A stretch of DNA of 64,000 nt, taken from assembly GCF_031769215.1 (NCBI RefSeq), contig NW_026782099.1, forward strand, positions 2,046,001 through 2,110,000, written 5' to 3'. The translations under genes and the position numbers were made by a program. Shown here one piece after another: positions 1-10,650 of the stretch. The notes under the pieces were generated by a model. The model worked only from the letters and a program-made list of their open reading frames with translations. It was not told the DNA's origin and ran no database searches. Position 1 is the stretch's first letter. Each line of letters begins with the position of its first letter. This DNA comes from Ylistrum balloti. Taxonomy: Eukaryota.

Positions 1-258
1 CATTTCTTAATTAGCAATCAAGACAACAAAATAACAAATTTTACTCCAATATAGAATGTTTATGAACTTAAGCATTAACACTATGTTTTACATCCCTCCA
101 CCTTTATACGCAATTGGTTTGTTGAAAAATATAATTCATGTAGATAACTTTCAAGTGTTTTTCACGTGGCTTATTACTGACTAGGCATAAAAAGGCTAAA
201 ATTGGCATCCCGCTTTTACTTGGGTGTGCCGTAATCACACATTTTCCTAAACTTTTAC

Positions 259-536
259 CTTAGATAATCTCTGATGTTGTCACTTTTGATATTGTTGATG
301 ATTTCGTCTCTGATGGTAGGATCCCCGTCTTGAACAATTTGGTCGGGGACACCTGGCAGGAAAACGCCATTTTGAACGTTCCCTTCCGATTTCTCCGGAC
401 ATGTACCGAATCTTCCGATGAGAAGACCGAAAGTCAGTCCTAGAACAAGACATACTATTGCGGAAATTATCAAATTCCTCCGCACGTGCGCACCAGACCT
501 CGTCACAATACCGTCAGTTGAGGTAAAATCGTACAT
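259..536 (-). CDS. NAALAD: First coding exon of a glutamate carboxypeptidase II / NAALADase (peptidase M28B)-like type II membrane protein; gene continues off the left edge
   Basis: ATG at 536-534 (the track's 566 start is TTG). Short cytoplasmic N-terminus, then TM helix LIISAIVCLVLGLTFGLLIGRF, then DEIINNIKSDNIRDYLR, which resembles the GCPII motif DELKAENIKKFL that precedes PHLAGT. Phase-2 donor AG|GTAAAAG at 259/258. The catalytic domain is not in the window. Confidence 0.7.
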
Positions 537-1149
537 TCTTACTGTGCGCGTGTGTGTCCACTTCAAGTCCTGCTAATCCTCGGGAGTAAACTCCCCTTAA
601 GTTGTTTATCAGGCCTCGATTAGCTCACTACAACAGCTGACTTCAATGTCAAAAGCGTGTTAATAGGAGAAGGCAAATCGTATTCTTCAGAGCTCGTTCA
701 TATGTGATACATCATATATTACCTACATTTAATAATATATTCAAAGCAGAAACGTTACTGATAACGGTTTATTGATGTCCTGCAAGATTACAACGTCCAG
801 CAATATCAAACACGGGCCTTGTGATGTGTAGGTATAAGGGATCAGTGTCTAAGTCATTAACCTTTATTTATCGGCTTGTTCAACAATTCAGAGCCCTTCA
901 CAATAAATATAACTGCCAACCTTATAAATAAGTTTGTATTACTGATTTTGGTTCATTTTAGTCTTATTGAAAAATTAAAGTAGTAAATCGAAATTTAAAC
1001 TGACAAAGGGTTCACTTTTCTACCCGATTTGATTTGATACGGGTCATATCGTTCCTTTTGGTATGATTTAGTCTTGTAACATATACAAAAAGTTCAACGA
1101 CCCGCCCATCTCACATCAATCGTGCCTCCTTCTTATATAAATATTGTAA

Positions 1150-1215
1150 CAGAAAATAGAATATGAGTGTTTCCGCCTGTGATCCAACCCGTGACCTCCT
1201 GGTCTCTTTTCGGAC
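1150..1215 (-). repeat. Possible tRNA-derived SINE fragment
   Basis: Minus strand reads GGAGGTCACGGGTTGGATCACAGGCGG, resembling a tRNA T-arm/B-box. Short and degenerate. Confidence 0.3.
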
Positions 1216-1260
1216 TTTTTTTTTTTTTTTTGAAAATTAATTCCTTATTTCCATCAAATA

Positions 1261-1476
1261 GGACTTCCGGGTCTTAGGCTCCAAAGACTTCTCCCAGTAC
1301 ATGTAACAACACTTTTAAAATGACAACAACAACCTCAGGTAAAAAAAATGATAAAGGAATTCCCGCTAGTGCGAAGATTTAGGTCGACAATGTTCCTATG
1401 CACAATCGGAATTAAATGTCTCTCACACCCATAACGGATTACGTCACCAAATATCGATTTCTCACCGGAAGTAAAA
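1261..1476. promoter_or_regulatory. Candidate promoter-proximal motif cluster (ETS/GABP and CRE-like sites) upstream of the NAALADase-like gene
   Basis: ACTTCCGG at ~1263, TTACGTCA at ~1439 and CCGGAAGT at ~1466, all within ~210 bp and 0.7-0.9 kb upstream of the ATG at 536. Confidence 0.35.
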
Positions 1477-1916
1477 AGTGGGTTTTTTTAAAATCTGCAC
1501 TGTGTTTTCTCCTCTTTGTAAACGAACGGACCGAATATTCATAATATCAGTGGATCTAAATGACCAAGTTCTGAAGATTTTCTTCTAATTGGTCAGTCAG
1601 CTGTACCGTGACAGATATGTAGCTGTTTGCAGCGTCTGTGATATGACTGTTGGATGATTCAGGTATGAGAAGTCAAGGGTGACCCTACAGTATTTTAATT
1701 GGTTATAATTGACTGTTATTTATACTAAATAAGAATGTTTTGCACTCTTAAATGTTTCTATCATTACAATGCACATCTACCGATTCCTTGATTTTTCACA
1801 GTGATGAAATCATACTGACTGATATTTTCATTTTGGTCTGAATGCGTGGGTCCTTTGTAAAATCTTCTCTAAGGCTGCCTTTCATGATTAAAAAACTGGT
1901 CATTGATTCTAACCGC

Positions 1917-2088
1917 TGTAATGACATGAACTATTATAATAACTGCTCCATATATAATATCTAAGTAAGGGATGCTCCCCAACAACTTCCGCTTCCGCCA
2001 TAGTCAGCATGGCTACCACACATGTAAATGACCATCAGACAGAATACAGTCATATCAGTCTTTAAAACGGACTTGTTGAGTTATTGCA
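1917..2088 (+). repeat. 5' LTR (172 bp)
   Basis: TGTAATGACATG...GTTATTGCA; base-for-base identical to 6376-6547 on my reading. Confidence 0.97.
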
Positions 2089-2099
2089 TGGTGTCAGAA
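2089..2099 (+). other. Primer-binding site TGGTGTCAGAA (complementary to the 3' end of tRNA-Leu)
   Basis: Immediately follows the 5' LTR; complementary to a tRNA-Leu 3' end ...TTCTGACACCA. Confidence 0.85.
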
Positions 2100-2125
2100 A
2101 TAACAGTAAATGTCCAACGTCAAGG

Positions 2126-5100
2126 ATGAGTGATTATTTTCCTGCGCCGAAGCCATTTTCCTTAGATGGGAACATTTCAGAAAGTTGGAAGCGCTGGCTA
2201 CAACAATATGAGCTATACATGTGTGCCACTGAGAAGGATAAGAAATCTGAGAAACTACAATGTGCCACTCTATTATCGCTGGCAGGAGAGCAAGTTATAG
2301 AGCTGGTAGGTACATTTAACTTCGGAGAGGAGGAAAAGGATAAGATAGAACCTTTGAAACAGAAACTTTCTGAATACTGCATTCCGAAAAAGAATGAAAC
2401 GTATGAGAGACATGTGTTTAATAGTAGGGTACAGAAATCCGGAGAAACATTTGATCAATTTCTAACAGAGCTCAAAGTTCTTTCAAAAGATTGTGGTTTT
2501 GGGAATCTGAAGGAAGGTCTGATTCGAGATAGAATTATAGAAGGGATCGGCAAAGATCAAACCCGGGCACGCCTGTTAAGGGAACGCGAGCTGAATCTGG
2601 ATAAATGCATTGATTTATGTAGAGCCGCGGAAAGAACTGACGTACAAATGAAAGGTATCGTGTCGGAAAACACTACTGAAAAGAAATCCGTAGATTTGAT
2701 AAAGAAACAGTCTCAAAAGAATCCCAACCAGAGTTCATACAAAGGAAAAGGCCCACGAGTCCCGCAACATAATACATCTCGATGTCAGAAATGTGGAATG
2801 GATCATAAAGGAAGTCCATGTCCAGCTAAGGAAAAAACTTGTTATAAATGTGGTAAAACAGGACATTACCAGAAACTGTGTAGGACAAGAACCAATTTTA
2901 ACAACAACAATTTGAAAACGAAACCAAAACACCAACAGAAAGTACACTCAGTCGAGACAGATCAACAATTCTTTGTAGATGCAGTACATGACAGCAACAA
3001 AACTGATGATTCATGGATAGTTAACATTGATGTCAATGGATGTGCTATACCGATGAAGCTCGACACAGGCTCAGATGTCAACATTATGGGTATTGCAGAT
3101 TTTAATAGGATCAACAAGCAATGTCATAAAATTAGACTTCACCAGTCAACAGTTAAATTGACAGCCTACAATGGAGGATCTGTCCCAACCAAGGGACAAT
3201 GTGTACTGGACATAAAATACAAAGGTTTTACAAAGAAAGCGCTGTTTGTCATTGCTAGCAGTGTTGTTAAACCTATCCTAGGTAGAAAGCAGTGTGACAG
3301 TATGGGACTTGTCAAACGGGTACTGATGGTGGAAAAGGAGGACAGTGTAAAATCACCAGATATTTTCACAGAGTACAAAGATTTATTTGAAGGGCTAGGA
3401 TGTCTTGCCGACAAAGTAAAGATTAAGTTAAAACCTGATGCAGAACCAGTAGTGGAACCCTGCAGAAAGGTACCATTTGCACTCCACGACCAGTTGAAAC
3501 AGGAGTTAGACAGGATGGAGGAACTACAGGTTATAAAGCCTATTGAGGAGCCAACTGAATTTGTAAATTCCATGGTAATTGTACATAAAAGCAATGGAAA
3601 GTTGCGTGTTTGCCTGGACCCCAGAAACTTGAATAGGGCTATATGTAGAGAACATTTCAAGTTACCCACTCGTGAAGAAATTATGGCGAAGTTTGCTGGT
3701 GCAACAGTCTTTTCAAAGCTTGATGCATCAAGCGGATTTTGGCAACTACAACTGGAGGAAAAAAGTTCCAAATTATGTGCCTTTAATACTCCATATGGTC
3801 GATATCGGTTTCTTCGTTTACCATTCGGAATCTCCAGTGCACCAGAGATCTTCCATAGAACTATACACCTTTTGTATGAGAACATGAGGGGCGTGGATAC
3901 ATCCATGGACGATATCATAGTATGGGGAGTTGATCAGGCAGACCATGACAGAAACTTGCGAAACGTGTTAGATAAAACGCGAGAAGCTGGGTTAAAACTA
4001 CAGCGTGAGAAATGTGAAATTTCTGTGCCCGAGCTAACATTTCTTGGAGATAGAGTTACAAAGAACGGTGTTAAGCCTGACCTCGAAAAGGTCAAAGCTA
4101 TTCAAGACATGGAAAACCCCAAGTGCAAAAACGATATTCAACGTTTCCTAGGGATGATCAACTACTTAGCGCGTTTTATAAGAGACTTGTCAACGCATAC
4201 AGCACTCTTGAGAGGTTTGCTAGATAAGAAAAACTGTTGGGAATGGACAGATGTTCACCAGAAATCGTTTGAGAATTTGAAAGAAATTGTCTCAAACAGT
4301 CCAGTACTTCAGTACTACGACCCCACAAAGTTGATCAGGATTTCTGCAGACGCAAGTCAGAAAGGACTTGGCGCAGTACTTCTACAAAAGCACAACACCG
4401 AGTGGCTCCCTGTTGCGTATGCATCACGGGCATTGACGGACACAGAATCACGATATGCATCGATCGAGCGGGAAGCATTGGCGGTTGTCTATGCATGTGA
4501 AAGGTTCCACCAGTATGTGTACGGAGCAAAGTTTGAGGTTGAAACAGACCACAAACCACTATTAGCGATTTTTACAAAAGGTTTAAATGATTGTCCGCCC
4601 AGGATACAACGATTCCGACTACGGGTACAAAAATATGACGTAACCTTATTACATACACCAGGAAAGTATATGTACACTGCGGACACGTTGTCGCGAGCTC
4701 CAGTTCATGGTGAACAGTCCACAACCGAGAATGACGTTGAGGTATATGTTGATGGAGTCATGGCAAATATTCAAGTCGCAGATCGTAAACTTGAAGAGAT
4801 ACGTGTAAAAACACAAAAAGATACAGTGCTCATTAGCTTAAAAAACACCATTATGGATGGATGGCCAGAGAGTCGCAGTGACTGTTCTTATGAGATACGA
4901 CCATTTTGGAACTATAGAGATGAACTGTCAGTGATTAAAGGGATAGTATTCAAGGGATCCAGAGTGGTAATTCCTAAAAATCTCAGGAAAGACATGTTAC
5001 AGAAAATACATGCTGGACATTTAGGCATGAGCAAATGTAAACAAAGAGCACGCGAAGTGTTATTTTGGCCTAGCATGACTGAGGACATAGAGAATTTGGT

Positions 5101-6091
5101 GAAAATTTGTGAACCATGTCAAGTTCACCAGAAACAACAGATGGCTGAACCATTGTTGTCACACCCAATACCGTCAAGACCATGGCAGAAAGTCTCAACA
5201 GACTTGTTTGAACTGGATAGAACCCCATATATTGTTGTCGTAGATGCCTTTTCTGGCTACCCTGAGGTGGTACAACTAACCAATCAAACCTCAACAGCGG
5301 TGATCCAAGTCATGAAGACTACTTTTGCTAGATACGGCATACCTGAACAGGTAATGAGTGATAATGGCCCTTGCTATAGTAGCAAGGAGTTTCTTAAATT
5401 TGCGGAGGAATGGGATTTTCAGCACGTGACTAGCAGTCCAGGATATCCGAAATCCAATGGTATGGCTGAACGAGCAGTCCAAACTATGAAATCCATTATT
5501 CGCAAATGTAAACAAACCAACCAAGATCCACACCTAGGATTATTGGCATACAGAACAACACCTATGGAGAATGGATTATCTCCTGCTGAGATGTTAATGG
5601 GTAGACAACTCCGCTGTAATTTGCCCATTGCAACTGGAAAACTAAACAAACCCGAAGACCACTATGTCATGTCGTGGAAAGAAAGACAGAGAAAAACACA
5701 GAAGTATTATCACGATCGGGTTGCAGTTAAAACGCTTGAACCACTCACAGAAAATACAAAGGTTCGACTTTGTGAACTAGGAGAAAAGAACTGGAGAAAA
5801 TATGGAACTGTGATTGGTCCGGTAGGACCAAGGTCCTACAAGGTTAAGTTGAATGACAGAACAGTGAGACGAAATAGAAAGGATCTACGTGTAACAGATC
5901 CTAACCTTGAACGCGAACTTGATATGGAACGTGAACCTGATGTTGAACGCGAACCAGAATTTGAAGTTGACTGCAAACCAGAACTTAACCCAGAGCCAGA
6001 ACTCGGCAATAGTGACATTGAGACGAGTAACATGTACAAAACACGCAGCGGTCGTGTCATTAAAGCCCCCAAAAGGCTGATTGAGGCCTAA
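2126..6091 (+). CDS. gag-pol: Single-ORF Gag-Pol polyprotein (1321 aa from the first in-frame ATG)
   Basis: Two zinc knuckles (CQKCGMDHKGSPC; CYKCGKTGHYQKLC), protease LDTGS, RT SMDDIIVWG, RNase H ADAS...ETDHKPL, integrase HAGH...CEPC and D-D-E (STDLF, SDNGP, NGMAER), C-terminal YKTRSGRVIKAPKRL. Order PR-RT-RH-IN is Ty3/Gypsy. Confidence 0.97.
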   Translation: MSDYFPAPKPFSLDGNISESWKRWLQQYELYMCATEKDKKSEKLQCATLLSLAGEQVIELVGTFNFGEEEKDKIEPLKQKLSEYCIPKKNETYERHVFNSRVQKSGETFDQFLTELKVLSKDCGFGNLKEGLIRDRIIEGIGKDQTRARLLRERELNLDKCIDLCRAAERTDVQMKGIVSENTTEKKSVDLIKKQSQKNPNQSSYKGKGPRVPQHNTSRCQKCGMDHKGSPCPAKEKTCYKCGKTGHYQKLCRTRTNFNNNNLKTKPKHQQKVHSVETDQQFFVDAVHDSNKTDDSWIVNIDVNGCAIPMKLDTGSDVNIMGIADFNRINKQCHKIRLHQSTVKLTAYNGGSVPTKGQCVLDIKYKGFTKKALFVIASSVVKPILGRKQCDSMGLVKRVLMVEKEDSVKSPDIFTEYKDLFEGLGCLADKVKIKLKPDAEPVVEPCRKVPFALHDQLKQELDRMEELQVIKPIEEPTEFVNSMVIVHKSNGKLRVCLDPRNLNRAICREHFKLPTREEIMAKFAGATVFSKLDASSGFWQLQLEEKSSKLCAFNTPYGRYRFLRLPFGISSAPEIFHRTIHLLYENMRGVDTSMDDIIVWGVDQADHDRNLRNVLDKTREAGLKLQREKCEISVPELTFLGDRVTKNGVKPDLEKVKAIQDMENPKCKNDIQRFLGMINYLARFIRDLSTHTALLRGLLDKKNCWEWTDVHQKSFENLKEIVSNSPVLQYYDPTKLIRISADASQKGLGAVLLQKHNTEWLPVAYASRALTDTESRYASIEREALAVVYACERFHQYVYGAKFEVETDHKPLLAIFTKGLNDCPPRIQRFRLRVQKYDVTLLHTPGKYMYTADTLSRAPVHGEQSTTENDVEVYVDGVMANIQVADRKLEEIRVKTQKDTVLISLKNTIMDGWPESRSDCSYEIRPFWNYRDELSVIKGIVFKGSRVVIPKNLRKDMLQKIHAGHLGMSKCKQRAREVLFWPSMTEDIENLVKICEPCQVHQKQQMAEPLLSHPIPSRPWQKVSTDLFELDRTPYIVVVDAFSGYPEVVQLTNQTSTAVIQVMKTTFARYGIPEQVMSDNGPCYSSKEFLKFAEEWDFQHVTSSPGYPKSNGMAERAVQTMKSIIRKCKQTNQDPHLGLLAYRTTPMENGLSPAEMLMGRQLRCNLPIATGKLNKPEDHYVMSWKERQRKTQKYYHDRVAVKTLEPLTENTKVRLCELGEKNWRKYGTVIGPVGPRSYKVKLNDRTVRRNRKDLRVTDPNLERELDMEREPDVEREPEFEVDCKPELNPEPELGNSDIETSNMYKTRSGRVIKAPKRLIEA

Positions 6092-6362
6092 AGGAACTTG
6101 CCTTGTGTTATAAGACTGTATATATGTTAATGTTTTAGTAGTTGACTAGATAAGATAAATAACACAGAATACAATGGTGTAAAATGAACAATTTTAATTC
6201 AATTTGAATCATTTAAAATATTCATCATCTAGTCATATGTGAGCTTAACTAGTCAGTTTATATTGAGTTATTGTTAAAGTAGTTAAACCATGTTAGTTAT
6301 TGTACATCTATTGACTGATTGGTGGCCATGTTTGATATTGTTAATAACATAGATCTTAACTT

Positions 6363-6375
6363 GAAAAAAGGGAGA
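6363..6375 (+). other. Polypurine tract GAAAAAAGGGAGA
   Basis: All-purine run directly before the 3' LTR. Confidence 0.9.
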
Positions 6376-6547
6376 TGTAATGACATGAACTATTATAATA
6401 ACTGCTCCATATATAATATCTAAGTAAGGGATGCTCCCCAACAACTTCCGCTTCCGCCATAGTCAGCATGGCTACCACACATGTAAATGACCATCAGACA
6501 GAATACAGTCATATCAGTCTTTAAAACGGACTTGTTGAGTTATTGCA
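6376..6547 (+). repeat. 3' LTR (172 bp)
   Basis: Identical to 1917-2088; followed by TSD ACCGC. Confidence 0.97.
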
Positions 6548-6869
6548 ACCGCCATTTGGATATCGAACTCTTTTTTTTCGTGTGCTTTTAGTTTGTTTAT
6601 TTCTCGTTTGATATAGAGTGATATAAAATTGATCCAAACTGACTTTTTCTTCTGAATTATTCAAAACAGCGGTAAATATTCCTAAAAAATATTACCAATG
6701 ATCGTATTGTTTATACTTTTGACTTATTCGAAATAGCAAGCTGTGCTCCCCTCTTGCCTCACTTGTTTGTTTTCATGCGAGTCCGAATTTATCAATTCAG
6801 AGCTTATCAAATATTTCATTTACACTTTTGGAATACGAACTGACCACGTTCTTAGTATTTGTTACACAG

Positions 6870-7190
6870 CTGCTTACCTCGATCAACAGAGAAACCAACA
6901 CAGATAGTTTTCAACCAAGCTGTATGATAAGTGTGATGATTTCAATTCTTTTCAATACCGAGGTGATAATACATCCTTCGAGAGATGCAAGTTGATAGAT
7001 ACAAGGAATGTTTTATAATCGCTGTCCTGATCATATTAGAAAACATTCCATGTGTGATATGAAGTTTGAAAGCATTCCTTGTGGTTCCGTTGTACTACAA
7101 CACTTTCTTGAATTAACCATGATTTACATGGCGGGTGTCGTCGGTCGATGAAGCAGATGTCGCTTAACACTTCGGAACACATGGTCTTAT
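6870..7190 (+). mobile_element. Degenerate Penelope-like (Naiad/Chlamys-type) retroelement relic
   Basis: Reads AYLD...STKLYDKCDDFN, resembling the YLD...TKLYDKRDDFNF motif of this RT family. The downstream GTGGTTCCGTTGTA...TTTACATGGCGG(G)TGTCGTCG recurs at ~61513-61570. Confidence 0.5.
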
Positions 7191-8044
7191 TTTCCTTTTC
7201 CGTTTTATTTATTTCTTTTGATCATAGTTTACTTCGGTTCTATAGATTCTGATGTTGAGTTTCCAAGCTTGTCGGTATTTCCTTGTGATGATATGATATT
7301 TCTGTATCGGATATCATTGCCATTTTCATTTAATTATTTTCTCCATCTTTGTTCATCTCATTCGCCCTGATACAGTCCAACTCGTGTTTGGATTGCCTAC
7401 AAATATTGTAAAGGAAGACTGCGGTCATTTCGGTACTCATGATTTCATTGTTCTTTGCTCCCTTTTTAATGTCTTTTTCCTCTCGCACCATATACAGCTG
7501 ATCTAATTGATTGAATCCCTGTCATGGACCGCTGTATCAAGTTGGCGATCACATTGACAACTTGATATCTTACAATTTATCACTGCAAGTAGCCAAACAT
7601 TTGTCGGAGCAATTGACGTTCTAGTAAAGGTTATTCTGGACTTACTGGACTGTCATTGTTGATCTTTGAAGTTTTCTATGCCAAGTTGATAAATTGGTCT
7701 GTATAACCTGGAATGCGGTCAGTTCTCTTTTCTTTTTACTCATATGTAGCCCCTCCTCCGTAAATACTTTCATTAAGTGTACATCTTGTTGGCTTCCGTT
7801 GATGGAGTTTTGCCAGTTTTGGTTATCGTGTCTGAAACTGAAGGAAAGGGGAGATGGGTTATCGGTTATTTCTGAAGTTTTGTTCCCGAGGCTTCTATGA
7901 TGGACGCGGTATTATCAGTGTAGTCACTGATATTTTTAAGTACAAACTTTGTTACAAAAGTTTTGATGTCACATGTTAACAAGGTAGGTGATGTCATATG
8001 CTAACAAGATTTAAGATGTTACATGTTAACAAGGTATGCGTTTA

Positions 8045-8235
8045 GGAGTGAGAACAGCGGGTGTTGTTGTTACTCTACAACTTTTTTCTGTAGTGGTTAG
8101 GTGTGAGAAGTGCGGGTGTTGTTGTTACTCTACAACTTTTTTCTGTAGTGGTTAGGTGTGAGAAGTGCGAGTGTTGTTGTTACTCTACAACTTTTTTCTG
8201 TGGTGGTTAAGTGAGGGAACAGCGGGTGTTGTTGG
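8045..8235. repeat. 55-bp tandem repeat, ~3.3 copies
   Basis: CG(G/A)GTGTTGTTG begins at 8058, 8113, 8168 and 8223. Confidence 0.85.
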
Positions 8236-8569
8236 TTTATAAGAATATACTCGGGGACATTACAGCCTGTTTTCCTGTTAGAGCTAACCATTTCGACTGA
8301 CTTTATTTAGTTGATGAAATGGCCTTGAGTATTATCTCAGTAAATCTGTCATTTCCTTTCTACAGAAGGGTTTGTTTGTTTTCTCACGGCAACATTTGAC
8401 AAATCGTAAATATTGCAATGTCAAGTACCGACACATGAAAATTTATTGTCGACGAGCACTGTTTCCCTGTCCTATGCCACCAGCTACAGGTTATATTGGG
8501 ATGTTACAAGTAGACACAGGTTATACATTTATTTATATTACACCAATTGCGAAAAAAAAACTTTAAGCT

Positions 8570-8690
8570 ATTATAAATCAATCTTATTGGCCGGAGGAAA
8601 GCGCGGCACGTTATCGGGCAGGTGATACCACACCTTTTCACGTCCATTATTTGAATCGAACCCTGGACGGCTAGGTCCGTTACCACCCAG
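8570..8690 (-). repeat. Possible V-domain SINE relic
   Basis: Minus strand has B-box-like GGTTCGATTC followed by GTGCCGCGCTTTCCTCCGGCCAATAAG, resembling the V-domain GTACTCCGGTTTCCTCC motif. Degenerate. Confidence 0.3.
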
Positions 8691-8699
8691 ATAGTAACA

Positions 8700-10650
8700 G
8701 ATCAAGCTAGCGAGGTACATGTAGTAGCAGGTTATACTGGCATGGTACATGTAGTATCAGGTTATACTGGCGTGGTACATGTAGTATCAGGTTATACTGG
8801 CGTGGTACATGTAGTAACAGGTTATACTGGCGAGGTACATGTAGTAACAGGTTATACTGGCGAGGTACATGTAGTATCAAGTTGTACTGGCGAGGTACAT
8901 GTAGTATCAGGTTATACTGGCGAGGTACATGTAGTAGCAAGTTATAGTGGCTAAGTACATGTAGTATCATGTTATACTGGCGTGGTACATGTTGTAACAG
9001 GTTATACTGGTGTGGTACATGTAGTAACAGGTTATACTGGCGTGGTACATGTAGTAACAGGTTATACTGGCGTGGTACATGTAGTTACAGGTTATACTGG
9101 CGAGGTACATGTACTATCAGGTTATACTGGCGAGGTACATGTAGTAACAGGTTATACTGGCGAGGTACATGTACTATCAGGTTATACTGGCGAGGTACAT
9201 GTAGTAACAGGTTATACTGGCGTGGTACATGTAGTATCAGGTTATAGTGGCTAGGTACATGTAGTATCAGGTTATACTGGCGTGGTACATGTAGTATCAA
9301 GTTATACTGGCGTGGTACATGTAGTATCAGGTTATACTGGCGAGGTACATGTAGTATCAGGTTATAGTGGCTAGGTACATGTAGTATCAGGTTATAGTGG
9401 CGAGGCATATGTAGTATCAGGTTATACTGGCGTGGTACATGTAGTTACAGGTTATACTGGCGAGGTACATGTACTATCAGGTTATACTGGCGAGGTACAT
9501 GTAGTATCAGGTTATAGTGGCTAGGTACATGTAGTATCAGGTTATAGTGGCGAGGCATATGTAGTATCAGGTTATACTGGCGTGGTACATGTAGTATCAG
9601 GTTATACTGGCGTGGTACATGTTATAACAGGTTATGGAGGCTAGGTACATGTAGTATCAGGTTATAGTGGCTAGGTACATATAGTATCAGGTTATACTGG
9701 CGAGGTACATGTAGTATCAGGTTATACTGGCGAGGTACATGTAGTATCAGGTTATACTGGCGTGGTACATGTTGTAACAGGTTATACTGGCGTGGTACAT
9801 GTAGTAGCAGGTTATACTGGCGAGGTACATGTAGTAGCAGGTTATACTGGCGTGGTACATGTAGTATCAGGTTATACTGGCGTGGTACATGTTGTAACAG
9901 GTTATACTGGCGTGGTACATGTAGTAACAAGTTATACTGGCGTGGTACATGTTGTAACAGGTTATACTGGCGTGGTACATGTAGTAACAGGTTATACTGG
10001 CGTGGTACATGTAGTAGCAGGTTATTGTGGCTAGGTACATGTAGTATCAGGTTATACTGGCGTGGTACATGTTGTAACAGGTTATACTGGCGTGGTACAT
10101 GTAGTAACAGGTTATACTGGCGAGGTACATGTAGTAACAGGTTATACTGGCGAGGTACATGTAGTATCAGGTTATAGTGGCTAGGTACAAGTAGTATCAG
10201 GTTATACTGCCAAGGTACATGTAGTAATAGGTTATACTGGCGTGGTACATGTAGTAACAGGTTATACTGTCGTGGTACATGTAGTAACAGGTTATACTGG
10301 CGTGGTACATGTAGTAACAGGTTATACTGGCGTGGTACATGTAGTAACAGGTTATACTGGCGTGGTACATGTAGTAACAGGTTATACTGGCGAGGTACAT
10401 GTAGTATCAGGTTATAGTGGCGAGGTATATGTAGTATCAGGTTATACTGGGGAGGTACATGTAGTAACAGGTTATACTTGCGTGTTACAGGTAGTAACAG
10501 GTAATACTGACCAGGTACATGTAGTAACAGATCAGACTGGCTAGGTACATGTAGTAACAGATTAGACTCGCGTGTTACATGTAGTAACATATCAGATTGA
10601 CGTGGTACATGTAGTAACATATCAGACTGTCGTGTTACAGGCAGTAACAT
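8700..10650. repeat. 30-bp minisatellite, ~60 copies
   Basis: Unit GGTACATGTAGTAACAGGTTATACTGGCG(T/A); edges degenerate. Source of the VVHVVTGYTG and HVPRQYNLLL ORFs. Confidence 0.97.

Larger units (their letters stand above)
1917..6547 (+). mobile_element. Intact Ty3/Gypsy LTR retrotransposon (Mag-type), 4631 bp
   Basis: Two identical 172-bp LTRs (1917-2088, 6376-6547; TGTA...TGCA), 5-bp TSD ACCGC (1912-1916, 6548-6552), PBS, PPT and an uninterrupted gag-pol ORF. Confidence 0.97.

Noticed and set aside
2134-6072. Short ORFs overlapping the Gypsy gag-pol on both strands
   Set aside because: Shadows of the long ORF; no env-like or accessory gene is evident, and the 3' UTR is only ~270 bp.
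7360-7900. Protein-like fragments on the minus strand (e.g. DQLYMVREEKDIKKG)
   Set aside because: Multiple stops and no assignable motif; possibly an old TE.
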